Positions 1-9,919 of a DNA stretch of 64,000 nt are shown here, one piece after another. Source of the stretch: Armatimonadota bacterium (GTDB lineage Bacteria > Armatimonadota > Zipacnadia > Zipacnadales > UBA5352); assembly GCA_034722055.1 (NCBI GenBank), contig JAYENL010000314.1, forward strand, positions 32,001-96,000, given 5' to 3'. Both the position numbers and the translations under genes were made by a program. Numbering within the stretch: the stretch's first letter is position 1; each line of letters starts with the position of its first letter. Below the pieces are notes generated by a model. It was not told where the DNA came from. It saw only the letters and a list, made by a program, of their open reading frames with translations, and did no database searches.

Positions 1-365
1 CCTGGGGCCGCTACTACTTCACCAACGACTTCCCCTACGACAACCGGGCCCGCAAGAAGTGGCTGCGGCGGGAGGAGGTCCCCGAGCGCCTGGACATGCT
101 GGCTGACAGGCTGGAGACGCTGGAGAGCTGGGACGTGGACGGCATCGAGCGGGTCATCAGGGGCCTGGCCGACGACCTCGGCGTGAGCGCCGCGAAGGTC
201 ATCCACCCCTGCCGGGCGGCCGTGACGGGACAGACCATCGGGCCCAGCCTGTTCCACCTCATGGAGCTCGTCCCGCAGCGGGATGTGGTGGCGCGGCTGC
301 GCCGGGCCGCGGAGCTGGGACGGGCGGGGAAGATGGAGCCGATCCCCGAGCAGGACGAGCAGTAG
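1..365 (+). CDS. gltX: Glutamate--tRNA ligase, C-terminal anticodon-binding domain (5'-truncated by window edge)
   Basis: Frame open from position 3 (WGRYYFTNDFPYD...) to TAG 365; 'AKVIHPCRAAVTGQTIGPSLFHLMELV...VVARL' matches the GluRS C-terminal P.R.A.TG...GP.L motif. Confidence 0.85.
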   Translation, partial: WGRYYFTNDFPYDNRARKKWLRREEVPERLDMLADRLETLESWDVDGIERVIRGLADDLGVSAAKVIHPCRAAVTGQTIGPSLFHLMELVPQRDVVARLRRAAELGRAGKMEPIPEQDEQ

Positions 366-748
366 CCCGCCGGCAGCATGGGCACGGCCTGCGGGCCGAT
401 GCAGACGCCGGGAAGTCGGCCTCGCCACCCCTTCCGGGCCCCAGAGCAGGAGCCGCGGCAGCATCCCACTAACCTCGCTGGCATGGTGAACATTGGGCTC
501 ATCGGCTGCGTCTATTCTGACTGAAGACACAAGAGATGTGCCGGCCACCGAAGGTTTGGTGGGGGATGCGGGTGCTGTCCCCGCCAGCACCCAAATCCCC
601 CGCCGTTGATTCCCCCCCGATGCGGTGTGAATTCCAAGTATCGGGAGAACGCGCGGGCGAGGGCGCCCGCGCCCCAATACTTACCTGGGTTGCGGGCGAG
701 CTACCTCCACCCGACAATCTGACGCCGTACCCCCCTCGACGCCTCCAT

Positions 749-777
749 TTGACAGGCCCCGCGTGCTGTGCTAAGGT
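749..777 (+). promoter_or_regulatory. sigma70-type promoter for the cysK operon
   Basis: TTGACA(749-754)-17 bp-TAAGGT(772-777) with extended -10 TGn. Confidence 0.65.
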
Positions 778-1024
778 CTCTGGCGGTCAGTTGACAGAGT
801 TGAGCTGATAGCCGCGCGGCCTTGCCCAGGCGGACACGCAGATGGCAGCGATCACCCGGCGCTCAGCACGGATCGAGGTGACGGGACCGAGGGTCGGCCG
901 CGTGCGACCGCTGGGTATGATGTCGTAGCTTCACAGGGCCCCCGCCCGGCCGGGATGTGCGGCCGCTCCGGGCATCGGGGCCTGTTTGCATGTACGGGCG
1001 GACGGGCAGGGACGCGGGGAGGCG

Positions 1025-1957
1025 ATGGGCGTGAGGATCTTCGAGGACATCACCCAGACCATCGGCAACACGCCCCTGGTCCGGCTGGCGAGGCTGGACT
1101 CGGGTCTGCCCGGGCGGGTGGTGGGGAAGCTGGAGGCGTTCAATCCCGCCGGGTGCGTGAAGGAGCGCATCGGCTGGGAGATGATCGTCACCGCGGAGCG
1201 GGAGGGGCGGATCGAGCCCGACCGCACCACGATCATCGAGCCCACCAGCGGCAACACCGGGGTGGGGCTGGCGATGGTGGGGGCGGCGCGCGGCTACCGG
1301 GTGGTGCTGTGCATGCCCGAGAGCATGAGCCTGGAGCGGCGCAAGCTCCTGGCCGCCTTCGGCGCGGAGCTGGAGCTGACTCCGGCCTCCGGCGGGATGG
1401 CCTCGGCCATTGAGCGGGCGAGGGAGCTGGCGGGGGAGCTTGAGGACGCCTGGATCCCGATGCAGTTCGAGAATCCTGCCAACCCGGCGGCCCACCAGCG
1501 GACTACGGCTGAGGAGATCTGGGCGGACACGGAGGGAGCCGTGGACGCCGTGGTGGCGGGCATCGGCACCGGTGGGACGGTCACCGGGATCGCGCGCGCC
1601 CTCAAGCCCCGCAAGCAGGAGCTGCGCATCATTGGGGTGGAGCCCGCCGAGTCCGCGGTCATCTCAGGCGAGGAGCCGGGGCCGCACGGCATTCAGGGCA
1701 TCGGGGCGGGCTTCATCCCGGACGTGCTGGAGGTGGCCCTGCTGGATGAGGTGGTGCAGGTGACCACCGAGGACGCAAAGGTCATGGGTCGGCGGCTGGC
1801 GGCGGAGGAGGGCATCCTGGCGGGGATCTCCTCGGGCGCCGCCGTCCACGCGGCGCTGGCGGTGGCCGCGCGGGACGAGATGCGGGAGCGGCTGATCGTG
1901 GTTATCCTGCCGGACACCGGCGAGCGCTACCTCTCGACGGACCTGTTCGAGCGGTAA
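1025..1957 (+). CDS. cysK: Cysteine synthase A (O-acetylserine sulfhydrylase)
   Basis: [23 protein letters not shown] (PLP Lys), [40 protein letters not shown] before ATG 1025. Confidence 0.95.
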   Translation: MGVRIFEDITQTIGNTPLVRLARLDSGLPGRVVGKLEAFNPAGCVKERIGWEMIVTAEREGRIEPDRTTIIEPTSGNTGVGLAMVGAARGYRVVLCMPESMSLERRKLLAAFGAELELTPASGGMASAIERARELAGELEDAWIPMQFENPANPAAHQRTTAEEIWADTEGAVDAVVAGIGTGGTVTGIARALKPRKQELRIIGVEPAESAVISGEEPGPHGIQGIGAGFIPDVLEVALLDEVVQVTTEDAKVMGRRLAAEEGILAGISSGAAVHAALAVAARDEMRERLIVVILPDTGERYLSTDLFER

Positions 1958-1997
1958 GAGCTGACGCGGCTGGGTCCGGGCGGAAGGAGGTTCGGCG

Positions 1998-2150
1998 ATG
2001 CTGGGACGGATACAGCCGGAGGCCGAGGTGATGATCCGTATGGCGATGCCCCGGCGCCCCTGGCCGGGGCGCATGCTGAGCCGTGGCGGGCGACGCATCG
2101 TGCAGATGACCCGCGTCCGGCATGGCCGATCCGAGCGGGCGCGGCTGTGA
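1998..2150 (+). CDS. Small Met/Arg-rich ORF (50 aa), candidate leader peptide
   Basis: SD AAGGAGGT(1984-1991), ATG 1998; MLGRIQPEAEVMIRMAMPRRPWPGRMLSRGGRRIVQMTRVRHGRSERARL*; fills the cysK-DUF39 gap. Confidence 0.55.
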   Translation: MLGRIQPEAEVMIRMAMPRRPWPGRMLSRGGRRIVQMTRVRHGRSERARL

Positions 2151-2163
2151 GAGAGTGATACCG

Positions 2164-3381
2164 GTGGCGAAGACGTACGACGAGATCAACGAGAGGATCC
2201 GGCGGGGAGAGGTCGTGGTGGTCACGGCCGAGCAGATGGTTGACGTCGTCGATGAGCTGGGGGCGAGTGGGGCTGCGGAGAAGGTGGACGTGGTGACGAC
2301 AGGCACCTTCGGCCCCATGTGCTCCTCGGGCGCCTTCCTCAACTTCGGCCACTCCACCCCGCGGATCAAGGTCTCGAAGGCGTGGCTGAACGAGGTGCCG
2401 GCCTACGCCGGCCTGGCTGCGGTGGACCTCTACATCGGCGCGGCGGAGGTGGCGGAGGGCGACCCCCTCAACCGGACGCATCCAGGGAGCTTCAACTACG
2501 GCGGCGGGCACGTTATCGAGGACCTTGTGGCGGGCCGGGACGTGCGCCTGCGGGCGCGGGCCTACGGCACCGACTGCTATCCGCGGCGAGAGCTGGACAC
2601 GTGGCTGAACATCGAGGACCTCAACGAGGCCTTCATGTGCAACCCGCGCAACGCCTACCAGAACTACAACGTGGCGGTCAATACCTCTGCCGACCGCGAC
2701 ATCTACACCTACATGGGCGTGGTCAAGAGGGACCTGGGGAGCGCCAACTACTGCTCCGCCGGCCAGCTCAGCCCCCTCCTGAACGACCCGCACTACAGAA
2801 CCATCGGGGTCGGGACGCCGGTCTTCATTGGCGGCGCCCGGGGGCGCGTGTTCTGGCAGGGCACCCAGCACGACCCCACCACCCCCCGCAACGAGAGGGG
2901 CGTGCCCACCGGCGGCGGGGGCACGCTGGCCACGGTGGGGGACCTCAAGCAGATGGACCCCCGCTTCGTGGTGGGGGTGAGCATGCTCGGCTACGGCGTG
3001 TCGCTGGCGCTGGGCATCGGGACGGCGATCCCGATTCTGGATGAGGAGATGGCGGCCTTCACCGGCGTCAGCGACGCCGACATAGTGGCCCCGATCGTGG
3101 ACTACTCCCGCGATTACGGGCACAATGAGGGGGAGCCGCTGGGCCATGTGTCCTACGTGGAGCTCAAGCGCGGCCAAGTCCGGATTGAGGGCAAGGCGGT
3201 CCCTACGGCGTCGCTGTCCAGCTACGTGCGGGCGCGGGAGATCGCGGAGACGCTCAAGTCCTGGGTCGAGGCCGGCGAGTTCCTGCTCAACGAGCCCGTG
3301 CAGGCGCTGCCCTCCGCCGAGGAGAGCGAGGGCTTTAGGATGCTCAACTACCGGCCCGCGGCGCCGGAAGGGGATGAGTGA
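2164..3381 (+). CDS. Homocysteine biosynthesis enzyme / L-aspartate semialdehyde sulfurtransferase (DUF39, MA1821-like, no CBS domains)
   Basis: KTYDEINERIRRGEVVVVTAE, VDVVTTGTFGPMCSSG, YAGLAAVDLYIGA, YGGGHVIEDL, NPRNAYQNY, SPLLNDP..RTIGVGT; GTG start chosen. Confidence 0.9.
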   Translation: MAKTYDEINERIRRGEVVVVTAEQMVDVVDELGASGAAEKVDVVTTGTFGPMCSSGAFLNFGHSTPRIKVSKAWLNEVPAYAGLAAVDLYIGAAEVAEGDPLNRTHPGSFNYGGGHVIEDLVAGRDVRLRARAYGTDCYPRRELDTWLNIEDLNEAFMCNPRNAYQNYNVAVNTSADRDIYTYMGVVKRDLGSANYCSAGQLSPLLNDPHYRTIGVGTPVFIGGARGRVFWQGTQHDPTTPRNERGVPTGGGGTLATVGDLKQMDPRFVVGVSMLGYGVSLALGIGTAIPILDEEMAAFTGVSDADIVAPIVDYSRDYGHNEGEPLGHVSYVELKRGQVRIEGKAVPTASLSSYVRAREIAETLKSWVEAGEFLLNEPVQALPSAEESEGFRMLNYRPAAPEGDE

Positions 3382-3383
3382 GG

Positions 3384-3791
3384 ATGGCGGAGAGCAGAGT
3401 CGTGCTGCACTTCCCGAAGCACCTCCTCGACCAGCCGGTGACCTCCACGACCGTGGAGCGCTTCAACCTGCACTTCAACATCCTGCGCGCCGACATCACC
3501 CAGGACCAGGAGGGCCTGATGGTCCTGGGCCTGGTTGGCGAGCCCGAGAACATCGAGGGCGCCATCGAGTTCATGCGCGAGCAGGGCGTGCGCGTCCAGC
3601 CGCTGGAGCAGGATGTGGTTCGCGACGATGACCGATGCACCCACTGCGGCGCCTGCGTCGTGGTATGCCCCACCGATGCTCTGGCCATGGACCCCGACAG
3701 CCGCCAGGTCAGCTTCGATGCCGACAAGTGCGTGGCGTGCGGGATATGCGTGCCGGTCTGCCCGCCGCGGGCGATGTCGATACACTTCTGA
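3384..3791 (+). CDS. NIL domain + 2x[4Fe-4S] ferredoxin (MA1822-like subunit)
   Basis: NIL domain (FNILRADI...GLMVLGL) plus CTHCGACVVVCP and CVACGICVPVCP; directly follows the DUF39 gene. Confidence 0.9.
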   Translation: MAESRVVLHFPKHLLDQPVTSTTVERFNLHFNILRADITQDQEGLMVLGLVGEPENIEGAIEFMREQGVRVQPLEQDVVRDDDRCTHCGACVVVCPTDALAMDPDSRQVSFDADKCVACGICVPVCPPRAMSIHF

Positions 3792-3967
3792 GGGCACCTG
3801 CGAGAGATGCCTCGGCGAACGGCGGCGGGCTGGAAGCCTGCCTCACGAGGCGAGGGCAGAGAAGCAGATAAGCGGAGGACCACGAGAAACGGGGGACGAG
3901 TCTGAAGCCGCGTCCCTCCGAACGGCATCGCGGCTCCGCAGAGAGTAGGTCGGCGAGCAGTGGTCGT

Positions 3968-4384
<417 letters not shown>

Positions 4385-4457
4385 GTACAGCCGCTCCCTC
4401 CTGCGCCCGTGACACACTGCGGGTGCCCCGGGCTTAGGGGACATCCGGTGTGCGCCG

Positions 4458-4486
4458 ATTATATCAGAGCCCCCCTGTCGTGTCAA
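4458..4486 (-). promoter_or_regulatory. Perfect consensus sigma70 promoter for the response regulator
   Basis: Minus strand TTGACA(4486-4481)-17 bp-TATAAT(4463-4458). Confidence 0.85.
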
Positions 4487-4544
4487 ACTGCTCGGATTGG
4501 CGCTCGGCCCCGCTCAGGGCCTCCAGGACCGCCGCGAGGCAGTC

Positions 4545-6092
4545 CTAGGTGTCCCCCTCCGCGCCCTCCACGAGTCTGGCCGCCTCGTCGTAGCTGGACT
4601 CCACCTGCCGGTAGAGCTGCTGGTACAGCCGATGGTATCCGCGGTAGAGCTGGTGGCTGCGCTCATCCACGCGCGGGGCGTCAACGGTGCGGATGGTGGC
4701 CTCGCAGGCCTCCTCCACAGATGCGTAGAGCCCGGCGCCCACCGCAGCCAGCAGAGCCACGCCGTAGGCCGGGCCCTCATCGACGTTGATGAGGCAGTGC
4801 GGGTAGCCGGTGACGTCGGTCTGAATCTGCCGCCACAGCCGACTGCGCGCGCCGCCGCCGGAGGCCCGAACCTCGCTGATCTGCACGCCCATCTCCTCGA
4901 TGATCTCAAAGGAGTCCCTCAGCCCGTAAGCCACGCCCTCCAGCACCGCGCGGATGAGGTGGGGCTTGCCGTGGCGGAGGCTGAGGCCGAAGAACATCCC
5001 GCGGGCGTTGGGGTTGGGATAGGGCGTCCGCTCGCCGGTGAGGTAAGGGAGGAAGACCAGCCCCTCGCTGCCCACCGGTGCCTGCGCGGCCTGCTCGGTC
5101 ATCAGCTCGTAGGCGTCGATGCCCATGTTGCGGGCGATCTCCACCTCCGCGTCACAGAGGGTATCACGGACCCAGCGCAGGGAGCCGCCGGCGGAGAGCA
5201 TCACGCCCATGACGTGCCATCTGCCGGGCACCGCGTGGCAGAAGGTGTGAGTCCGGAGCTTCTCATCCACCCTCGGCTCGTCGAGGTGTGCGAAGACCAC
5301 GCCGGAGGTGCCGGTGCTCACCGACACGACCCCCGAGCGGACGATGCCGTTGCCCACGGCGCCGGCGGCCTGGTCGCCGCCACCGCCCACCACCGGCGTG
5401 CCCTCGGCCAGCCCCGTCAGACCGGCGGCCTCGGCGGTGACGTGCCCGCTTACCTCGGGGGACTCGTAGACCTCCGGCAGCCAGTCGCGGGGCAGCTCCA
5501 GGCGGTCGAGGATCAGCTCCGACCAGCGCCGCCGGGGGACGTTGAGCAGTGAGGTCCCGGACGCATCCGAGACCTCCGTGGCGTACTGGCCGGTGAGCTT
5601 CAGCCGCACGTAGTCCTTGGGCAGCAGCACCTTGCGGACGCGGGCGTAGGCCTCCGGCTCCTCGTCCCGCAGCCAGATGATCTTGGGGGCCGTGAAGCCC
5701 GTGAGCACGGGGTTGAGGGTCTCGGAGACGACCTCCTCGGCGCCCACGGCCTCGGTGATCTCGTCGCACTGGCGGGCGGTGCGCTGATCGCACCACAGTA
5801 TCGCCGGCCGGATGACCTGGTCGCTCTCGTCGAGGAATACGGACCCGTGCATCTGGCCCGAGAGGCCCACGCCGGCGATGTGCCCGGCGCGCACGCCGGA
5901 CTGCTCGATGAGCGCCGTAACGCTGGCGATGGTGGCGGTCCACCAGTCGGACGGGTCCTGCTCGGCCCAGTTCGGCCTGGGGGTGGAGAGGGGGTACTCG
6001 GTGGCATCACTGGCCACCGTGGCACCATCCTCGTCGATCAGCAGCGCCCGGGTGCTGGTGGTGCCCACATCGATGCCCAGCAAGTAACTCAT
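4545..6092 (-). CDS. xylB: Xylulokinase (FGGY carbohydrate kinase)
   Basis: LLGIDVGTT, GLSGQMHG, ILWCDQRT, GFTAPK, GGGDQAAGA, FLPYLTGERTP, SGGGARS. Confidence 0.88.
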   Translation of the reverse strand: MSYLLGIDVGTTSTRALLIDEDGATVASDATEYPLSTPRPNWAEQDPSDWWTATIASVTALIEQSGVRAGHIAGVGLSGQMHGSVFLDESDQVIRPAILWCDQRTARQCDEITEAVGAEEVVSETLNPVLTGFTAPKIIWLRDEEPEAYARVRKVLLPKDYVRLKLTGQYATEVSDASGTSLLNVPRRRWSELILDRLELPRDWLPEVYESPEVSGHVTAEAAGLTGLAEGTPVVGGGGDQAAGAVGNGIVRSGVVSVSTGTSGVVFAHLDEPRVDEKLRTHTFCHAVPGRWHVMGVMLSAGGSLRWVRDTLCDAEVEIARNMGIDAYELMTEQAAQAPVGSEGLVFLPYLTGERTPYPNPNARGMFFGLSLRHGKPHLIRAVLEGVAYGLRDSFEIIEEMGVQISEVRASGGGARSRLWRQIQTDVTGYPHCLINVDEGPAYGVALLAAVGAGLYASVEEACEATIRTVDAPRVDERSHQLYRGYHRLYQQLYRQVESSYDEAARLVEGAEGDT

Positions 6093-6131
6093 GGCCGGCC
6101 TCCTTTGCGCGAACGGTCGGGTCCAGCGAGG

Positions 6132-6503
6132 TCAGGCCCTCTCGATGACCACCGTGGCCCCGGACGGGACCTGCTTGAGCGGCTCCAGGTCCCCGGTCAT
6201 CTTGCCGATGACCGTCACCCCGCTGGCGGGCCGGATCTCCTCCTCCGTGCTCTCCGGCGTCATGCCGAAGAACATGCAGAACGCTGAACCCGGTGGCCAG
6301 TAGGCCAGGTCGCCGAGATCCACGACCTGCTGCAGGTCCTCGCCGGGGCAGTCAACGTCGATGCTGAAGTAGATCTCCTCGCCCCAGGTCCCGGCCGTGC
6401 CCTCGATGGGCAGCGCCTCGGCGATCATCTGCGCGCAGTCGGTGTCATTCAGCTCCGCCTCGATCTCGACGTCCCCAGCCGTGATCGTGATGGGTGTGGG
6501 CAT
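6132..6503 (-). CDS. Cyclophilin-like fold protein (TM1367/DUF369 type)
   Basis: TWGEEIYF, GDLAYWPPGSAFCMFFGMTP, IRPASGVTVIG. Confidence 0.8.
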   Translation of the reverse strand: MPTPITITAGDVEIEAELNDTDCAQMIAEALPIEGTAGTWGEEIYFSIDVDCPGEDLQQVVDLGDLAYWPPGSAFCMFFGMTPESTEEEIRPASGVTVIGKMTGDLEPLKQVPSGATVVIERA

Positions 6504-6564
6504 GCGGTCGTCCTCCTCCTGTCCAACTGCGGATGGCAGGATGCTTTCGCTGCAATCGAGCGCC

Positions 6565-7410
6565 TCAGGCGAAGATGCGGAGGTAGTTGAGCCCCTTCAC
6601 GAAGCCCTCCTCGCGCCCCAGCGCCCTGTCCTCATGCTCGATGCTCAGCACGCCGTTGTAGCCGTTGTCGCGCAGCCGCGCGATGTACACGCCCCAGTCG
6701 ATGTCCCCGTAGCCGGGGATGCAGTAGCGCCACCAGCCGCGCCCCGCCTGGTTGCCCAGCCACGCCAGCTTGTGCTGCACGACCTCTGTGTCCTTGGCGT
6801 GGCTGTGGAAGATGCGGTCGGCGAAGGCCTCCATGGCGTGCAGGTAGTCGATCCCCTGCCAGTAGAGGTGTGAGGGGTCGAAGTTCAGGCCGAAGTTCTC
6901 GGCCGGCACGGTCTCGAATACCTGCTCCCAGTGACCCAGGTGCATGATGTTGGTGGCGAACCAGTTCTCCATCGCCAGCCGTACACCGCGGTCGGCCGCG
7001 ATAGGGCAGAACTCGTTGTAGAAGGGCCCCGCGATCTGCTCGATAGTCTCCTCCCTGGACATGCCCTCCGGCGGGCGGCCCGCCAGGCAGCCCACCACCT
7101 CGATCTCGTTGGCGGAGGCCATCTCGACCGCGCGGGAGAGCGCGTCCTGGTACTGCTGGCGCTGGCCCTCGTCGGCGTCGCTTATGTCGAGGTAGCAGGC
7201 CAGCATGCTGACCTCCAGGCCGGCGTCGCGAACGCGGCTGATGACGTCGGCGGCCTGGCCCTCATCGAAGTCCACGTTGAGGTGCTTGCAGCCGGGCCTG
7301 ACGTCGATCTCGAGGGCGTCGAAGCCGGCCTCGGTGGCGAACTTCACGATGGTGTCGATGGACTCGTTGCGGAACGGCGCGGTGAGCAGTCCTACCTGCA
7401 TCTCAGTCAT
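6565..7410 (-). CDS. Sugar phosphate isomerase/epimerase (xylose-isomerase-like TIM barrel)
   Basis: AMEN, GLNFDPSHL, HSHAKD, LSIEHED metal-ligand motifs. Confidence 0.85.
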   Translation of the reverse strand: MTEMQVGLLTAPFRNESIDTIVKFATEAGFDALEIDVRPGCKHLNVDFDEGQAADVISRVRDAGLEVSMLACYLDISDADEGQRQQYQDALSRAVEMASANEIEVVGCLAGRPPEGMSREETIEQIAGPFYNEFCPIAADRGVRLAMENWFATNIMHLGHWEQVFETVPAENFGLNFDPSHLYWQGIDYLHAMEAFADRIFHSHAKDTEVVQHKLAWLGNQAGRGWWRYCIPGYGDIDWGVYIARLRDNGYNGVLSIEHEDRALGREEGFVKGLNYLRIFA

Positions 7411-8575
7411 CTCCTGTGGAGTGCGGCTGGGCGGCCCCGCGTGCGGCCAGGAAGCACCGGACCATCTGCTGGGCCGTGAATGCGATCATCTCTGTGGCGA
7501 CTTCGGGCCGCATGGCCTCGCTCAGCGCCATGGGCCTGTTGAGGATACACGCCAGGGCCTCGAAGCCCCGCTCATGGAGGCTGACGGCGTCCAGGGCGAC
7601 CCCGCCGCCGATGGCGATGACCGGCGCCCCCTCGCGCTCGGCCACGGAGGTGACGCCCGCGGGAGTCTTGCCGAAGGCCGTCTGGCTGTCGATGGCCCCC
7701 TCCCCGGTGATGCACAGGTCGGCGCCGCGCATCCGTCCCGGCAGGTCCACGGCGTCGATGACGATCTCCACGCCCGGCTCCAGCGTGGCTCCGCAGAACG
7801 CCACCAGCCCCGCGCCGAGGCCGCCGGCCGCACCGGCACCCGGGATGTCCCGCACATCCAGGCCCAGGTCGCGCTGCACCACGTCCGCGAACAGTCGCAG
7901 ATTCTCGTCGAGCAGCTCGACGTCCTCGAGCGAGGCGCCCTTCTGGGGGCTATAGACGTGAGCCGCGCCGCGCTCCCCGTAGAGAGGGTTGTCCACGTCG
8001 CAGGCCACGCGCACCTCGGTCTCATTCAGGCGGGGGTCGGCGCCGGCCATCTCGATGGCGGCCAGCCGGCCCAGCTCCGCGCCGCCGAAGCCGATCTCCT
8101 CGCCGTCCTCGTCCAGCAGCCGCACCCCCAGAGCCTGGGCCATGCCGGCGCCGGCGTCGGTGGTGGCGCTCCCGCCGATGCCCACGATGAGCTTGCGGCG
8201 GCCCCGGTCGAGGGCAGCGCGCATCAGCTCGCCGGTCCCGTAGGTGGTGGTCGTGAGGGGATCGCGCCGGTCCTGGGGCACCAGCGGGAGGCCGGAGGCG
8301 GCGGCCATCTCGATGACCGCCGTCTCCCCGTCGCCCAGCAGCCCGTAGGTGGCCTCCACCGGCTCGCCCAGCGGGCCGGTGACACGCTCGGTGATGAGCT
8401 GGCCGTCGGTGGCATCGACCAGCGACTGCACGGTTCCCTCACCGCCGTCGGCCATGGGCACCTGTACCAGCTCGAACTCATCGTCGATGGCCGAGATCCC
8501 CTCGGCGGCGGCCTGGCAGACCTCCAGGGCGGTGAGGCAGCCCTTGAAGGAGTCCGGCGCGATGACGATCCTCAA
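7403..8575 (-). CDS. glxK: Glycerate kinase (GlxK/GarK family)
   Basis: IAPDSFKG, PMADGGEGT, IEMAAASGL, GIGGSATTDAG, ACDVDNPL, GAGAAGGLG, ITGEG..D.QT..GK; TTG start. Confidence 0.92.
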   Translation of the reverse strand: MRIVIAPDSFKGCLTALEVCQAAAEGISAIDDEFELVQVPMADGGEGTVQSLVDATDGQLITERVTGPLGEPVEATYGLLGDGETAVIEMAAASGLPLVPQDRRDPLTTTTYGTGELMRAALDRGRRKLIVGIGGSATTDAGAGMAQALGVRLLDEDGEEIGFGGAELGRLAAIEMAGADPRLNETEVRVACDVDNPLYGERGAAHVYSPQKGASLEDVELLDENLRLFADVVQRDLGLDVRDIPGAGAAGGLGAGLVAFCGATLEPGVEIVIDAVDLPGRMRGADLCITGEGAIDSQTAFGKTPAGVTSVAEREGAPVIAIGGGVALDAVSLHERGFEALACILNRPMALSEAMRPEVATEMIAFTAQQMVRCFLAARGAAQPHSTGDD

Positions 8576-8646
8576 ACTCTACGCACTCCCTACAGGGCGG
8601 CCGCAGCCGCACCCGCGGCTGGCGCGGAACCGGACACTCCCGCCGC

Positions 8647-9594
8647 CTACAGCATCGACCAGGCTGCATGGAAGGCGCGCTTGGTGCCAGCGACAACCAG
8701 ATCCGGGTCCTCGTCGGCGATGGTGGAGACCTCGAAGGTCACCACCGGCTTGTCGGTGGGCAGATCGTCCCTGTCGAAGTAGCCCACATAGATCAGCGTC
8801 TCCAGGAAGCGTGCCAGCTCCGGAACGTCGTTCTCGCTGCCCGGATAGCCGAAGCCGGGGTGCTTGTCCCCGTAGCCCTCCATGGACTCGTCGGCCATGA
8901 TGGCGTTGCCCACGTGCACGTGGATGAGGTGGTCGATGGTGGGACTGAGCATCTCCTGCGGCGTCTCGCCCAGCAGCGGCATGTGCGACAGGTCCTGAGT
9001 CAGGCCGAAGTTGTCCACCTGCTCCTTGACCCGCTCGGCCAGCTCCGCCGCTCGCTCGCTGGGACCGATGAGGCACTTCTTGTCGATGGTGTCGTCGAAC
9101 TGCTCCAGTGACAGCCACACCGGCTGGCCGTCGCCGGCCTTGCTGGTGGAGTACTCGCACAGCTCGACGCACGAGTCCACGAGCGCGGACATGGCGTCCT
9201 CGCGCCTGCTGTCCTCAACGTCCGGACCGCTGAGGAAGGCGCAGATGCGGCAGTCGAGCTCGTAGGCGGCGTCGATGGACTTCTTCACGTCGTCCACGGC
9301 CCTCTGCCGCTCTGCGTCGTCCAGAGAGTTCACGTCCAGCCCGCCCAGCAGCAGCGGCGGCTGGGCGCCCAGTCCGAGGCTGAGGTGAGCGGTCGTCGCC
9401 ATCTGCTTCAGCCCGTCCATGACTTCCTGGTGCTGGCTGCGGCGCACCTCCAACACATCGAAGAAGTCGTCCTCAGCGATCCTCTGCGCCGTCTCCAGGA
9501 TCATCTGAGGATCGTCGTCTTGGATGATGGGGTAGGCCATGAAGTGCACTATGCCCAGATCCATCATGTCCCGCCAGTGCCTGTCCGCGTACAT
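8647..9594 (-). CDS. Xylose-isomerase-like TIM barrel protein
   Basis: LEQFD..IDKKCLIG, GLTQDLSHMPL, HVHVGN, YGDKHP.FG, VTFEV; GGAGGA SD before ATG 9594. Confidence 0.75.
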   Translation of the reverse strand: MYADRHWRDMMDLGIVHFMAYPIIQDDDPQMILETAQRIAEDDFFDVLEVRRSQHQEVMDGLKQMATTAHLSLGLGAQPPLLLGGLDVNSLDDAERQRAVDDVKKSIDAAYELDCRICAFLSGPDVEDSRREDAMSALVDSCVELCEYSTSKAGDGQPVWLSLEQFDDTIDKKCLIGPSERAAELAERVKEQVDNFGLTQDLSHMPLLGETPQEMLSPTIDHLIHVHVGNAIMADESMEGYGDKHPGFGYPGSENDVPELARFLETLIYVGYFDRDDLPTDKPVVTFEVSTIADEDPDLVVAGTKRAFHAAWSML

Positions 9595-9850
9595 GTTGGC
9601 TCCTCCCGTCGAGCCGCCTCCAGGGCGGCCAGAACTCGTACTGTGGCAGTAGCACACGTCCCGGCGCGGAGGCCGACACGTGCTCTGCGCATGCTTTCCG
9701 TAGACTATACTTCCCGCCCCGAGAGAGGGATTCCTTCAGTGCGGCACATTTGGCTCGCAAACCGGCGGGGCTCGATGTCCGCGGGGCCGGCTTGGCGCGC
9801 CTGGCAGCCCTCCTCAGGAGAGCTACTCCGGCGGCGTGTGCCGGGCCGTT

Positions 9851-9919
9851 TGGAGGGGCGCGACTACGCCCGCGCCCGGTCGTCGTGCCGTATGGAGGGG
9901 CCGGACCACTGTCCGGCCC
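9851..9919 (+). repeat. Two TGGAG-headed REP-like hairpins
   Basis: TGGAG-GGGCGCG...CGCGCCC (9851-9877) and TGGAG-GGGCCGGAC-CACT-GTCCGGCCC (9893-9919). Confidence 0.6.

Noticed and set aside
366..1024. tRNA genes after gltX, or a SAM riboswitch before cysK
   Set aside because: I found no T-arm (GTTCRA) cloverleaf or SAM-I/IV core motifs by eye; a tRNAscan/Infernal run would be needed to exclude divergent forms.
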